A stretch of 64,000 bases of DNA from an uncultured Verrucomicrobiales bacterium (lineage in GTDB: Bacteria > Verrucomicrobiota > Verrucomicrobiia > Verrucomicrobiales > DEV007): assembly GCA_938082635.1 (NCBI GenBank), contig CALLLI010000016.1, forward strand, positions 699 through 64,698. The letters are read 5' to 3'. This document shows positions 17,901 through 26,311 of the stretch, one piece after another. The notes beneath the pieces were generated by a model. It saw only the letters and a program-made list of their open reading frames with translations. It had not been told where the DNA came from and ran no database searches. Within the stretch, counting starts at the first letter, position 1; each line of letters starts with the position of its first letter. A program made the position numbers and the translations under genes.

Positions 17901-19139
17901 ATGAAGCGCCTTGGACTCACCCTTTTGACCTTTTGTAATGTCACTTCTATCTGGGGAGCAGACTGGCCTCAATTCCGTGGACCGGATGGTCAGGGCCATG
18001 CTGAAGGAGTCGATGTTCCCTTGCGTTGGAGCCCTGAGAATGCAGTGGCTTGGAAGGTGAAGCTTTCCGGCAAGGCCTGGTCCTCACCTGTGGTCGTTGG
18101 AGATCGCACCTTCGTCACCAGTGCGGTTGAGTCGGAGAAAGGCATGTCCTTGCGAGCCATGGCACATGGTTTGGCAGACGGAAAGATGTTCTGGGATCAA
18201 GAGATCTTTGCGAAGCCGGATGTGGGTGATTTTCACAAGAAGAACAGTCATGCCTCTCCGACTCCGGTCCTTGAAGACGGTCGGCTCTATGTCCACTTCG
18301 GGCATCACGGCACGGCTTGTCTGGATGCTAGGGATGGTGCCGTACTTTGGAAGCAAGACTCGCTAGCTTACCCACCCCTTCATGGGAATGGTGGCTCGCC
18401 GATCCTGTTCGAGGACAAGCTGATCTTCTCTTGTGATGGGACGAAGGATCCGTTCATCGTCGCCTTAGACAAATCCAATGGCAAGGTGGTCTGGAAGACA
18501 GCCCGTGATGTGGAAGTTTCACGGGCTTTCTCTTTCAGTACACCGCTGGCCATTGAGGTGGACAGCCGTTGGCAAATTGTCAGTCCAGCATCCGGTGCCG
18601 TGATCGCTTACGATCCTAGCAATGGCAAAGAGATCTGGCGCAGCCTTTATGGAGAAGGTTATTCCGTGGTACCGCGGCCTCTCTATGCCCATGGCCTGGT
18701 CTATGTTTGTTCGGGCTTCAATACCGCGAGTATGTATGCCATCGAACCCACAGGTAAGGGCGACGTGACGCAGTCTCACGTGCGATGGGAGGTCGGGAAA
18801 CGCATTCCCAAAGAAAGTACACCGATCATCGTGGGCGACCATGTCTATGTGAACGATGACAAAGGAGTCGTCAGCTGCCTGGATGCAAAATCCGGGGAGC
18901 AACTTTGGCAGAAACGGATCGATGGTGGAGGCGGGTATTCTGCTTCGCCCGTCTACGCCTCTGGGCATCTCTTCTTCCACAATGGCGATGGCTTCACGAC
19001 CGTGATCAAGCCTGGGACGACGTTTCAGCAAGTCGCCGAGAATAAGATTGGCGAGTATGGCCTGTCCTCCTTTGCCGTGGTCGATGATGGGTTTGTCGTT
19101 CGGACAGAGTCTAGTTTGCTTCGACTGAAGAAGGACTAG
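17901..19139 (+). CDS. Secreted PQQ-like beta-propeller repeat protein (BamB/PQQ-binding-like family)
   Basis: Internal ATG 17901 gives signal peptide MKRLGLTLLTFCNVTSIWGA followed by DWPQFRGPDGQGH. Repeated W-containing propeller blades (VLWKQD, VVWKTA, EIWRSL, QLWQKR). Confidence 0.8.
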   Translation: MKRLGLTLLTFCNVTSIWGADWPQFRGPDGQGHAEGVDVPLRWSPENAVAWKVKLSGKAWSSPVVVGDRTFVTSAVESEKGMSLRAMAHGLADGKMFWDQEIFAKPDVGDFHKKNSHASPTPVLEDGRLYVHFGHHGTACLDARDGAVLWKQDSLAYPPLHGNGGSPILFEDKLIFSCDGTKDPFIVALDKSNGKVVWKTARDVEVSRAFSFSTPLAIEVDSRWQIVSPASGAVIAYDPSNGKEIWRSLYGEGYSVVPRPLYAHGLVYVCSGFNTASMYAIEPTGKGDVTQSHVRWEVGKRIPKESTPIIVGDHVYVNDDKGVVSCLDAKSGEQLWQKRIDGGGGYSASPVYASGHLFFHNGDGFTTVIKPGTTFQQVAENKIGEYGLSSFAVVDDGFVVRTESSLLRLKKD

Positions 19140-19280
19140 CAGATACCTTTTGGGCACAAAGTTGACTGAATGGCTGACGTAATTAGTGGTTCTACTTGGA
19201 CTTTCTGGCATCTTTCTCGAACTCCATGCGACTACGAAGATCAAAGAGGGCGAAGATTCCGGGCCCATCCCAGAATCTTC

Positions 19281-19952
19281 CTACCACGAATTCTCTGCAC
19301 CGATTTCTTGAGCCAACTGATTGAGAAAGTCGTGCATGAAGCCGGTTCGTTCTTCTGCCACGACCTTGCCGGCCTCGGTCTGCATGGTCTGGCAGAGTCC
19401 TAGCAGTTTGGCTTTGAAGTGATCAGTGGCGAAGCGCTTATCGTCCAATGTCCGACCGCTGGCGAAGGGATCGTCTCCGTCGAAGAGGAGAGATGACAGT
19501 TTACCCGCCGTGTAGAAGGTTCGCGCGATGCCTAGAGCGCCAACGGATTCCATGCGATCGGCGTCTTGGAGGATCTTGGCTTCGAGCGTTTCCGGCGGAA
19601 TGTTTGCTGAGAAGCTGTGGGCGACAATGCTATGCTGAATCGAGGCTGTCTCTTCTGACGTGAACTCGAGCTTCTGAAGGATGGGCCCAGCGGCTTCGGC
19701 AGAGAGGCGAGAAGCGTGGCTCCTCTGCGGCGAGTCCTTGCTCACATTGACGAGGTCATGTAGGTAGGCGGCAGCGGTGAGGTGTCGCAGATCGACCTCC
19801 GCCGACTCACGTCTCGCAATCTCCTTCGCATTTAGAAGCACGCGCCGGGCGTGATGAATGTCATGACTCCCATCCGAGCCGTCGTCATGTTGAAGCAGGA
19901 TGGTTTCAAAAGCGTTCTCAGTTTCTTGGAGGGTCATTGTAGTGATATTCAC
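19281..19952 (-). CDS. HD-domain metal-dependent phosphohydrolase
   Basis: HD motifs GSHDIHHARRV and AAYLHDLV. 223 aa. Confidence 0.8.
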   Translation of the reverse strand: MNITTMTLQETENAFETILLQHDDGSDGSHDIHHARRVLLNAKEIARRESAEVDLRHLTAAAYLHDLVNVSKDSPQRSHASRLSAEAAGPILQKLEFTSEETASIQHSIVAHSFSANIPPETLEAKILQDADRMESVGALGIARTFYTAGKLSSLLFDGDDPFASGRTLDDKRFATDHFKAKLLGLCQTMQTEAGKVVAEERTGFMHDFLNQLAQEIGAENSW

Positions 19953-20235
19953 TCTTCTTCGCCATCGGTCGACCCGTCAGGAATAGGGGGACAGAAACAG
20001 ATGAATCAATTCCATTCAAGAGTGGCTGATTATGTAGCTCGACATTCCAATGTCGTAAGCACACGAACGGCCGCTCCTTCGGCATTGAAATGTGGAGCTA
20101 CGAAAGCTGCGGCAGCTCACACCGGAACAACGCAATAGCGGCATGCCTTTGGCACTCCATCACATTCATCCCTGCCCATCTTTCAGACCCCCTATTTCTG
20201 TCTCTATCCTTCAGTGCCACTGGCAAAGAACGATG

Positions 20236-21594
20236 CTAGACCTCGGGAGCCCAGCCATCGCGATACGACTTGGTGAGCAGCTTATTTGCCGCTTCGTTGC
20301 CCTTAAAACTCAAAGCCTTTGCGTCCCATTTCAACTCCGCTCCAAGCGCAGCACGATGCGCCAGGTTCCCAAGAAGGTTGTGCTCGATGAGTTTGCCCGA
20401 GTAGTCGAAATTACAGAGTGACTCGCCTTTGCCACGACAAGCCTTGAGCCATTCGGCATAGTGGCCAGTAGAGGTCTCTATCACCGTCTGCTTGCGCCAG
20501 TTGGTGTCGTTCGTTCGTACGATTTTGCCGTAGTCAGAGACTAACACTCCCTTGGATCCGACAAAGGCCAATCCAATATGCCATTTGCTCATATCCGTCC
20601 TATCGCCGAGGAGCGGTTGGAGACGTTCGGCCATCGTCTTCATGCCCTCGGGGCCGTGATACCAAATGACCTCTAGCGCTTTGCGCGTCGCAGGGGCGGT
20701 GGGCGTCTCGAAGACACCTTGTTTCTCGGGATGTTTCCACGTAACAATTTGTGAGGGTGGTGCGGACAGAGGACTTGCAGGCGTCCCCTCCGCTTTGACG
20801 GAGATCGGGTAATCTAAGTCGAGCGCCCAGTAAGCAAGGTCGATCAAATGACTTCCCATGTCACCAAGGACGCCATTTCCAAACTCCCAACGGCGATTCC
20901 AATTCAGATTCCCACCTTTCCAATAGCCTTCATTGTAGTCTCGCTCGGGTGCTGGACCTAACCAAACATCCCAGTTGAAGTCCTTGGTGACCTCTTGGTT
21001 CGGCAACACCGCTTGGCCGAGAGGATCGATAGTGCGTCCGCACCAAACGTGCACTTGCTCCACTTCACCAGCTGCGCCATCGCGCACCGCAGAGACCGCT
21101 TTGCGGTAATTGCCAGTAGCATGAATCTGGGTGCCCATTTGGGTCGCGATCTTTCCCTTCTGCTTGCGATACTCCTCCTGCATCCAGCGCGCTTCTTGCA
21201 CGGTGTGTGCTAACGGTTTCTCACAATAGACATGTTTTCCTGCGCGCATTGCCGCGATAGAGGCGAGAGCATGGTGATGATCTGCCGTGCTGATGACCAC
21301 CGCATCAATGTCTGGATTCGCGACCACCTCACGCCAGTCACTCGTCGTCTTTGCATTCGGAAACTTTGCCTTCGCAGCCGAGAGCGCCGCTGGATTCACA
21401 TCGCACAGGGTGTGGATGGTCTCGCCCTTCACGCCATTCAGATTGGCGCCTCCTCGCCCGCCTGCACCGATGATACCGATGTTCAGCTTCTCATTCGACG
21501 ACTGTGCCCGGGCAGGTCTCACAGAATGGCCGGCGACCGCCGCCATGCCAAATCCAATAAACGTCCGACGCGAAAGAGAGGAGTCTTGATGCAT
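20236..21594 (-). CDS. Gfo/Idh/MocA family oxidoreductase with a twin-arginine signal
   Basis: Internal ATG 21594 gives MHQDSSLSRRTFIGFGMAAVAGHSVRPARA (Tat-like SRRxF). Rossmann motif NIGIIGAGGRGGANL. Also EKPLAHT. Confidence 0.85.
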   Translation of the reverse strand: MHQDSSLSRRTFIGFGMAAVAGHSVRPARAQSSNEKLNIGIIGAGGRGGANLNGVKGETIHTLCDVNPAALSAAKAKFPNAKTTSDWREVVANPDIDAVVISTADHHHALASIAAMRAGKHVYCEKPLAHTVQEARWMQEEYRKQKGKIATQMGTQIHATGNYRKAVSAVRDGAAGEVEQVHVWCGRTIDPLGQAVLPNQEVTKDFNWDVWLGPAPERDYNEGYWKGGNLNWNRRWEFGNGVLGDMGSHLIDLAYWALDLDYPISVKAEGTPASPLSAPPSQIVTWKHPEKQGVFETPTAPATRKALEVIWYHGPEGMKTMAERLQPLLGDRTDMSKWHIGLAFVGSKGVLVSDYGKIVRTNDTNWRKQTVIETSTGHYAEWLKACRGKGESLCNFDYSGKLIEHNLLGNLAHRAALGAELKWDAKALSFKGNEAANKLLTKSYRDGWAPEV

Positions 21595-21687
21595 CCCAAA
21601 TATTGGCAGATCGCACGGAACGAAGTCAATGAGCGATCTGCGATCTCTGGCATTGCGCCATGTCGTGGATCTGATACGCGTCTCCTC

Positions 21688-22119
21688 ATGGAGGATAAGA
21701 CGGATCTTGTGGACACCTATTTCAGTGTGATGGCTAATACTCCCCTCAAGGCCATCATCTTCTTCCTCGTATTGGCCTTCGGTGCTGCCATTCCGGGATG
21801 GCTCCACGGCTACGGCAGTGTCCCGACGTTCGTCATGTGGCCGCTCGGGGTGTTTGGGGCACTCTTCACTTGGGGGTCCGCCATGCCGCTGTTCGGCCTC
21901 GCTTACCTGTGCCTCTTCGGCTGCCTGTTCAATTATCTCGTGAGTGAACAGACTCTGCGCCCCCTCTTTTATGGCTTCTCAATTTGCTTCTGGTGCTCAC
22001 TTCGATTCGCAGACGATCTGATTTGGTTAGCCGTCGTGCTTTATGTGATCCTCCTAAGCGTTTACTTATTTGCCCCTGCGTTCAAACGGATCCGCGAGTA
22101 CGAACGCCGCGCTATATGA
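21688..22119 (+). CDS. Hypothetical integral membrane protein (start ambiguous: ATG 21688 or 21730)
   Basis: The C-terminal ~130 aa of track ORF 21232-22119 form about four hydrophobic helices (AIIFFLVLAFGAAIPGWL, LGVFGALFTWGSAMPLFGLAYLCLFGCLF, LIWLAVVLYVILLSVYLF). The 5' part of the track ORF is antisense to the oxidoreductase gene. Confidence 0.5.
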   Translation: MEDKTDLVDTYFSVMANTPLKAIIFFLVLAFGAAIPGWLHGYGSVPTFVMWPLGVFGALFTWGSAMPLFGLAYLCLFGCLFNYLVSEQTLRPLFYGFSICFWCSLRFADDLIWLAVVLYVILLSVYLFAPAFKRIREYERRAI

Positions 22120-22315
22120 TCTGTAATCTCGTGTGATTATATTAGAAAGGGCTTCAATAGTCGCCGAGTTCTCCGAACTCGTGCTCCGTCGAGCAATTCG
22201 GAGTTCGATCTCGGAGAGATCGACTACTTTCGGGCCTCTCATTGCTTCCATATGTTTGGATTGCTACTCGAGGCTGATTCCACTCCCCTGCTGTCTTACA
22301 TAGCCTGTGCTAAGA

Positions 22316-22335
22316 ACTCGTGAGTGGAAAGTTCT
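22316..22335 (+). repeat. IS left terminal inverted repeat
   Basis: ACTCGTGAGTGGAAAGTTCT, preceded by AAGA. Confidence 0.8.
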
Positions 22336-22601
22336 CATGAGTTGGCAGACTGATTTCGTAGCCGTGTAATCTTTCCTTTCGACAACTCGATGCTGAGATC
22401 GATCAACTCGCCTGTCAATTGTCTGAACTTCTTGTATTCGGTGATTTCGGCACGCAGCTTTTTCAGATGTTCCGGCCAGACATGCTCCGTGCGACTCCTC
22501 ATCTTGTGCGTGTAACTTAACTGATAGTAGATGCCTTTCTGATTCTCACGATCTCGGTATTGCTTGCTGATGCTACCTGGTCGCATTGGCCCGAGCCTCA
22601 C
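22335..22601 (-). CDS. Small IS-borne ORF that resembles DUF6788-type proteins seen beside transposases (family name from memory)
   Basis: The pattern GSISKQYRDRENQKGIYYQLSYTHKMRSRTEHVWPEHLKKLRAEITEYKKFRQLTGELIDLSIELSK fits the GS-x-Y...Y-x-LSY...YK-x-F layout. GTG start. The frame stays open 13 codons upstream (LEKRIEKLLEKLV) without a start codon. It lacks the Cys cluster I remember as typical of the family. Confidence 0.5.
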   Translation of the reverse strand: MRLGPMRPGSISKQYRDRENQKGIYYQLSYTHKMRSRTEHVWPEHLKKLRAEITEYKKFRQLTGELIDLSIELSKGKITRLRNQSANS

Positions 22602-22704
22602 TAACTTTTCTAAAAGCTTCTCGATTCTTTTCTCTAATCAGTTGATTTGTGATTTAATCATTAGCTTATGTATGCTAACTATATGGGAACTTTAAATTAT
22701 TTCT

Positions 22705-24099
22705 ATGGATCTTTGGTTAGCTTGGTGGAATATCGTTAGTCTTCTTCGTCCCGCGTTCTCTAGGAGCCGGACCTTTCTCTGGTTTCTTCTGATTTTGGTT
22801 GCTTTCGCTGTTCGAAAGGATCTCGCCGGTGTCACCAGCTTCGTGCGGGCTCTTGGCCTTTCCGAACACTGTTATGAGCGGTTACTGCATTTCTTTCACA
22901 GTGATGCCGTGAAGATAGATCAACTTGCCCAACTCTGGCTCTCCATTGTGATCAGGCTCTTTCCCGTTTACCTCGTCCATGGTCGGCCTGTCTTGCTTAT
23001 CGACGGCATCAAGAATGCCAAGGAGGGGCGCAAGATACCCGGCGTGAAATACCTCCATCAAGAATCCGAGTCTAACACGAAGCCTCAGTATATCATGGGC
23101 CACTCTTTCCAGGCCTTCGGTGTCCTCTGCCAAGTGCGCGGCTATTGCTTCTGTGTGCCGGTGTGCGCACGTATTCATGAGGGAATCGTTCGCTCCAACC
23201 GCGACAAACGAACGTTAATCGACAAGGCCAATGAAATGCGCGAATCGGTCGGCCAAGATCTGAAGTTCATTCTTCTTGCAGATGCCTACTATGCTAACGG
23301 CAAGATGATCGGTAGAACAACGGCGCATTCCTGTGATTTGGTGACCAGGGTGCGAAAGTCGACCGTAGCGTTCGAGAAAGCGCCTGTCGTCAAGAAGCGA
23401 AAGCGTGGTCGCCCTAAGACATACGGAACCAAGTTGAAGATTCAAAACCTCTTTGGGAAGAAGAAATTTGAGTCCATTCTTAGCCCAGTCTACGGGGAAC
23501 GGAATATCGAGATCCAATTCCTAACGAAGGATCTATTGTGGAAACCAGCTAAGGGGATGGTGAGGTTCGTCCTTGTAGACCACCCTGTTAGGGGGCGGAT
23601 CATTCTCCTCACCACTGATCTTACATTGAGTGCCGAAGAGATCATATTACTCTACAGTTTGCGTTTCAAGATCGAACTATCATTCAAACAAGCAGTGCAT
23701 ACCCTCGGATCCTTTGGTTACCATTTCTGGATGGCGGAGATGAAGCCTATCAAACGGAGAAACGGAACTCAGTATCTTCATCGGACTACGGAACAGTATC
23801 GCAAACAGGTTGAGCGAAAGATGCGAGCCTATCATGTGTTCGTGCAAACGGGAATGATCGCTCAGGGGATGCTCCAATACCTCTCCATGACGCGCGATGA
23901 GCTTGTATGGAAACACTTTGGCTCCTGGATACGGACGATTCGTCCCGATGTCCTGCCCTCCGAGATGGTGGTGTCGGAAGCGCTGAGAAATACGCTTTCT
24001 GAATTTCTGCACCTTAGCGTTATCGCTGCCCCACTCCGAAAATTCATTCTCGACAAGATAGACTTCTCACGGGCCGATGGAAGGCGCTTCGCCGCCTGA
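22705..24099 (+). CDS. DDE transposase, IS4/IS701 superfamily
   Basis: 464 aa. Candidate DDE residues lie in VLLIDGIK, ILLADAYYANG and YSLRFKIELSFKQ (a Y-x2-R-x3-E...K signature). Basic patch KKRKRGRPKTYG. The gene is bounded by the inverted repeats. Confidence 0.85.
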   Translation: MDLWLAWWNIVSLLRPAFSRSRTFLWFLLILVAFAVRKDLAGVTSFVRALGLSEHCYERLLHFFHSDAVKIDQLAQLWLSIVIRLFPVYLVHGRPVLLIDGIKNAKEGRKIPGVKYLHQESESNTKPQYIMGHSFQAFGVLCQVRGYCFCVPVCARIHEGIVRSNRDKRTLIDKANEMRESVGQDLKFILLADAYYANGKMIGRTTAHSCDLVTRVRKSTVAFEKAPVVKKRKRGRPKTYGTKLKIQNLFGKKKFESILSPVYGERNIEIQFLTKDLLWKPAKGMVRFVLVDHPVRGRIILLTTDLTLSAEEIILLYSLRFKIELSFKQAVHTLGSFGYHFWMAEMKPIKRRNGTQYLHRTTEQYRKQVERKMRAYHVFVQTGMIAQGMLQYLSMTRDELVWKHFGSWIRTIRPDVLPSEMVVSEALRNTLSEFLHLSVIAAPLRKFILDKIDFSRADGRRFAA

Positions 24100-24110
24100 A
24101 TCGCCGCCAC

Positions 24111-24130
24111 AGAACTTCTCACTCACGAGT
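24111..24130 (-). repeat. IS right terminal inverted repeat
   Basis: The reverse complement reads ACTCGTGAGTGAGAAGTTCT, with two mismatches to the left repeat. It is followed on the plus strand by AAGA. Confidence 0.8.
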
Positions 24131-24170
24131 AAGAAGATAAGGACACTTTATTAGTGGCGCCTTACGGTAT

Positions 24171-25223
24171 TCACCGGTCGGTCACGTCGGCTTCGTCCAG
24201 CACCGCGTGCTGAATCACAGTGCGTTCGTCCGAAGTAAAGATCAGGTGGATTTTGCCGTCTTTGGTCTGGATCGCAGTGGGATAGGCAAAGGAGCCTTCG
24301 CCTTCCATGACATTGAACCGATGCGGGAAAGTCTTTCCCTGATCTTCAGAAATGGCCACCGTGAGAGGCGAACGTTCGTACATGTGGTCATTAAAAACGA
24401 GGAGTAAGTGCCCGTTGGCGAGCTTCTTGAAGTCGAGAGCCGAGTTGGGATTCTTGAAGGTGGAGTCCTTTCCTTTCGTCCAGGTCTTGCCACCATCTCT
24501 TGACGAGGCGGTCACGGTCCAACCCTGATCCGTCGGCTCGTAGTCGCCGCAGCGCCGACAATAGGCTAACAGATACCCGGGTGAAACTTCGACCACCCCC
24601 GGTTGAATATTCCCCTTGTCAGATCGGATCGTCCCAACTTCGCGCCATAGGGTTTCTCCCGGCGTGAAGCGAAGCATCCGCGAGGTCGAATCCGCTCCCG
24701 TGAACTCGGTGTTGGCACCGGTCTCGTGATAGATTGGTAAGAGATAGTCACCATCGCTCAAGACGATGGGCTGATTCCGGACCATGGTGCCTTCTTGCAA
24801 GGTGACGAGAAAGGAGTCGGACCAGGTCTTGGCACCGTCACGCGAGATCTTTGCCTTGATCCGGGAAGTCGACCACGTGTCCCCGAAACGCGTGACATAG
24901 AAAAGCCAAACGACTCCATCAGGCGCTTGCCAGACCACGGGGTTCCCCAAAGATTTAAATGGGTTGCCCGCGATCACCTGCGGCGCTGTCCATTTGCTAG
25001 AACCAGCCGTCAAGCGCGATCCATAGACACGTGTGCTTGCGGCATACTCTCCGCCGCCTCCGTAGTAAGCCAGATAGAGATCTCCATTGTCCAACTCAGT
25101 CAGACAAGACGGGTGTTTGTAGGGACCAGTGTCCGTTTCGGGCCCAAAGACCGGGGTGACGGTGAGTTCGGCAGTCGCGAGACCCGTGAGAAAAAAGAGA
25201 CTAATGAGGAAGAGCTTCATCAT
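24171..25223 (-). CDS. Secreted BNR/Asp-box repeat exo-alpha-sialidase-like glycoside hydrolase
   Basis: Signal peptide MMKLFLISLFFLTGLATA. Asp-box motifs SRDGAKTWSD, SSRDGGKTWTK, SEDQGKTF. Confidence 0.75.
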   Translation of the reverse strand: MMKLFLISLFFLTGLATAELTVTPVFGPETDTGPYKHPSCLTELDNGDLYLAYYGGGGEYAASTRVYGSRLTAGSSKWTAPQVIAGNPFKSLGNPVVWQAPDGVVWLFYVTRFGDTWSTSRIKAKISRDGAKTWSDSFLVTLQEGTMVRNQPIVLSDGDYLLPIYHETGANTEFTGADSTSRMLRFTPGETLWREVGTIRSDKGNIQPGVVEVSPGYLLAYCRRCGDYEPTDQGWTVTASSRDGGKTWTKGKDSTFKNPNSALDFKKLANGHLLLVFNDHMYERSPLTVAISEDQGKTFPHRFNVMEGEGSFAYPTAIQTKDGKIHLIFTSDERTVIQHAVLDEADVTDR

Positions 25224-25488
25224 CTCAGATCGTGACTCAGATTGCCTCTAGCATGGAAGCCAGAAAGATCTGTTCCTTCATTTTTTGCCTGTTTAGGACG
25301 GAGACCATTCAAGAATCGTAGAGAGGATGCCCTGCGGGAGCGAGCCGATTGTGACGCCGCAGGTTTTAGACGCACGGCTCGCTGGTCAGCAAAGAGAGCG
25401 CTGGGCCCTGGCGAGAAATGGAGGCACAATCTTGGGAAATCGCTGGCAGGCGCTGACAAAGTTTCGGATCGGCGACGTCTAGAGGGTA

Positions 25489-25992
25489 ATGAGCCGACTC
25501 GACCGTGTCTACGACGACCATGCGCAGGCCCTCTTTGGGTTTGTTTGGAACTGGACGCGATCAGACGCCGAAACTCAGGACGTCATCCACGCGCTCTTTG
25601 AGCGGTTAGCCAGGGACGCTTCTTGTCTCGAGGCCGTCGAGCATGAACGTGCTTTTCTTCTCCAGATGACACGACGGCAATTGATTGACCGGCAACGGCG
25701 TGAATCCCGGCGCAAGAAACGTGAAGTCGCTTCGCAGAACGGCGGCGAGCTGTTCGCCAGGCCCGAAGATCCGGATCGGTCGACGTTTCGCCTCGCGTTG
25801 CAGCAGTGCCTTGGGGAGTTGCCCGCCATGCAGCGGTCGGTGGTCTATCTCAAGCTCTGGGAAGAATTCACCTTCCCGCAGATTGCGCAAACGCTAGAAA
25901 TCCCACCAAACACCGCAGCCAGTCGTTACCGATTAAGGCTAACGAAGCTACAAGAACAACTGGGCCCACTCTACAACGAGATCCTACCATGA
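25489..25992 (+). CDS. ECF-type RNA polymerase sigma-70 family factor
   Basis: Region 2-like DVIHALFERLARD. Region 4 HTH VVYLKLWEEFTFPQIAQTLEIPPNTAASRYRLRLTKL. GAGGG Shine-Dalgarno upstream of the ATG. Confidence 0.85.
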   Translation: MSRLDRVYDDHAQALFGFVWNWTRSDAETQDVIHALFERLARDASCLEAVEHERAFLLQMTRRQLIDRQRRESRRKKREVASQNGGELFARPEDPDRSTFRLALQQCLGELPAMQRSVVYLKLWEEFTFPQIAQTLEIPPNTAASRYRLRLTKLQEQLGPLYNEILP

Positions 25993-26297
25993 ATCCTGAC
26001 AACAACGCCTTCGAGAAGCTGCTCAAAGCGCAAACCATCCGGCAGGTGCCGGATGAGTGGCGAGCGTCTATCCTTCCGCCGCAAACTCAAAAACAAGAGG
26101 CCTGGCCAAATCGATATGGCTGGCCGGCTCTTGCCGTTTGTTGGGTCATCATTCTTGGTCTGCACCTAGTCACCCAAACGCCCCCAACCCTTCGGCCCAC
26201 CGTCTCCAGGGCTTTGTCACCGGCTGCTAGGGAGTTCCAACAGACCACCTACCAGCTCGCCTTGGCTGTCCTTTATCCAGAGAGCGAATCGCATTAA
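25989..26297 (+). CDS. Putative anti-sigma factor (single-pass membrane protein)
   Basis: Its ATG overlaps the sigma stop (ATGA). One TM segment WPALAVCWVIILGLHLV. 102 aa. The assignment rests on position only. Confidence 0.5.
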   Translation: MNPDNNAFEKLLKAQTIRQVPDEWRASILPPQTQKQEAWPNRYGWPALAVCWVIILGLHLVTQTPPTLRPTVSRALSPAAREFQQTTYQLALAVLYPESESH

Positions 26298-26311
26298 CAC
26301 CATCCTAAAAT

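Larger units (their letters stand above)
22316..24130 (+). mobile_element. Complete insertion sequence (IS4/IS701-superfamily DDE transposase plus a small divergent ORF), 1815 bp
   Basis: Terminal inverted repeats match 18/20: ACTCGTGAGTGGAAAGTTCT at 22316-22335 and its complement at 24111-24130. Flanking 4-bp direct repeat AAGA at 22312-22315 and 24131-24134. The interior is visibly more AT-rich than the flanks. Confidence 0.85.

Noticed and set aside
18519-19268. 249-aa minus-strand ORF
   Set aside because: It is antisense to the PQQ-like beta-propeller gene and has no recognisable family.
19986-20215. AATAGGGGGACAGAAA and CCCCCTATTTCTGTC motifs ~200 bp apart in the HD/Gfo spacer
   Set aside because: The two halves are complementary piecewise but in permuted order, so they cannot form a simple hairpin or inverted repeat. 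This is probably chance.
21232-21687. 5' part of the 295-aa plus-strand ORF
   Set aside because: It is antisense to the Gfo/Idh/MocA gene. Only the hydrophobic C-terminal ~130-140 aa look like a real protein.
22165-22222. Cluster of short 7-bp hairpins with 3-nt loops (CGAGTTC-tcc-GAACTCG, CGATCTC-gga-GAGATCG) left of the IS
   Set aside because: The stems are short and lack T-tracts. They may help terminate the upstream membrane-protein gene, but the evidence is too weak to call a feature.
25454-25481. TGACAA-N16-CGTCTA resembling an ECF or sigma-70 promoter upstream of the ECF sigma gene
   Set aside because: The putative -10 would lie only ~8 nt from the ATG and overlaps the GAGGG Shine-Dalgarno, which is incompatible with a normal leader. 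It also lacks the GAAC -35 core.
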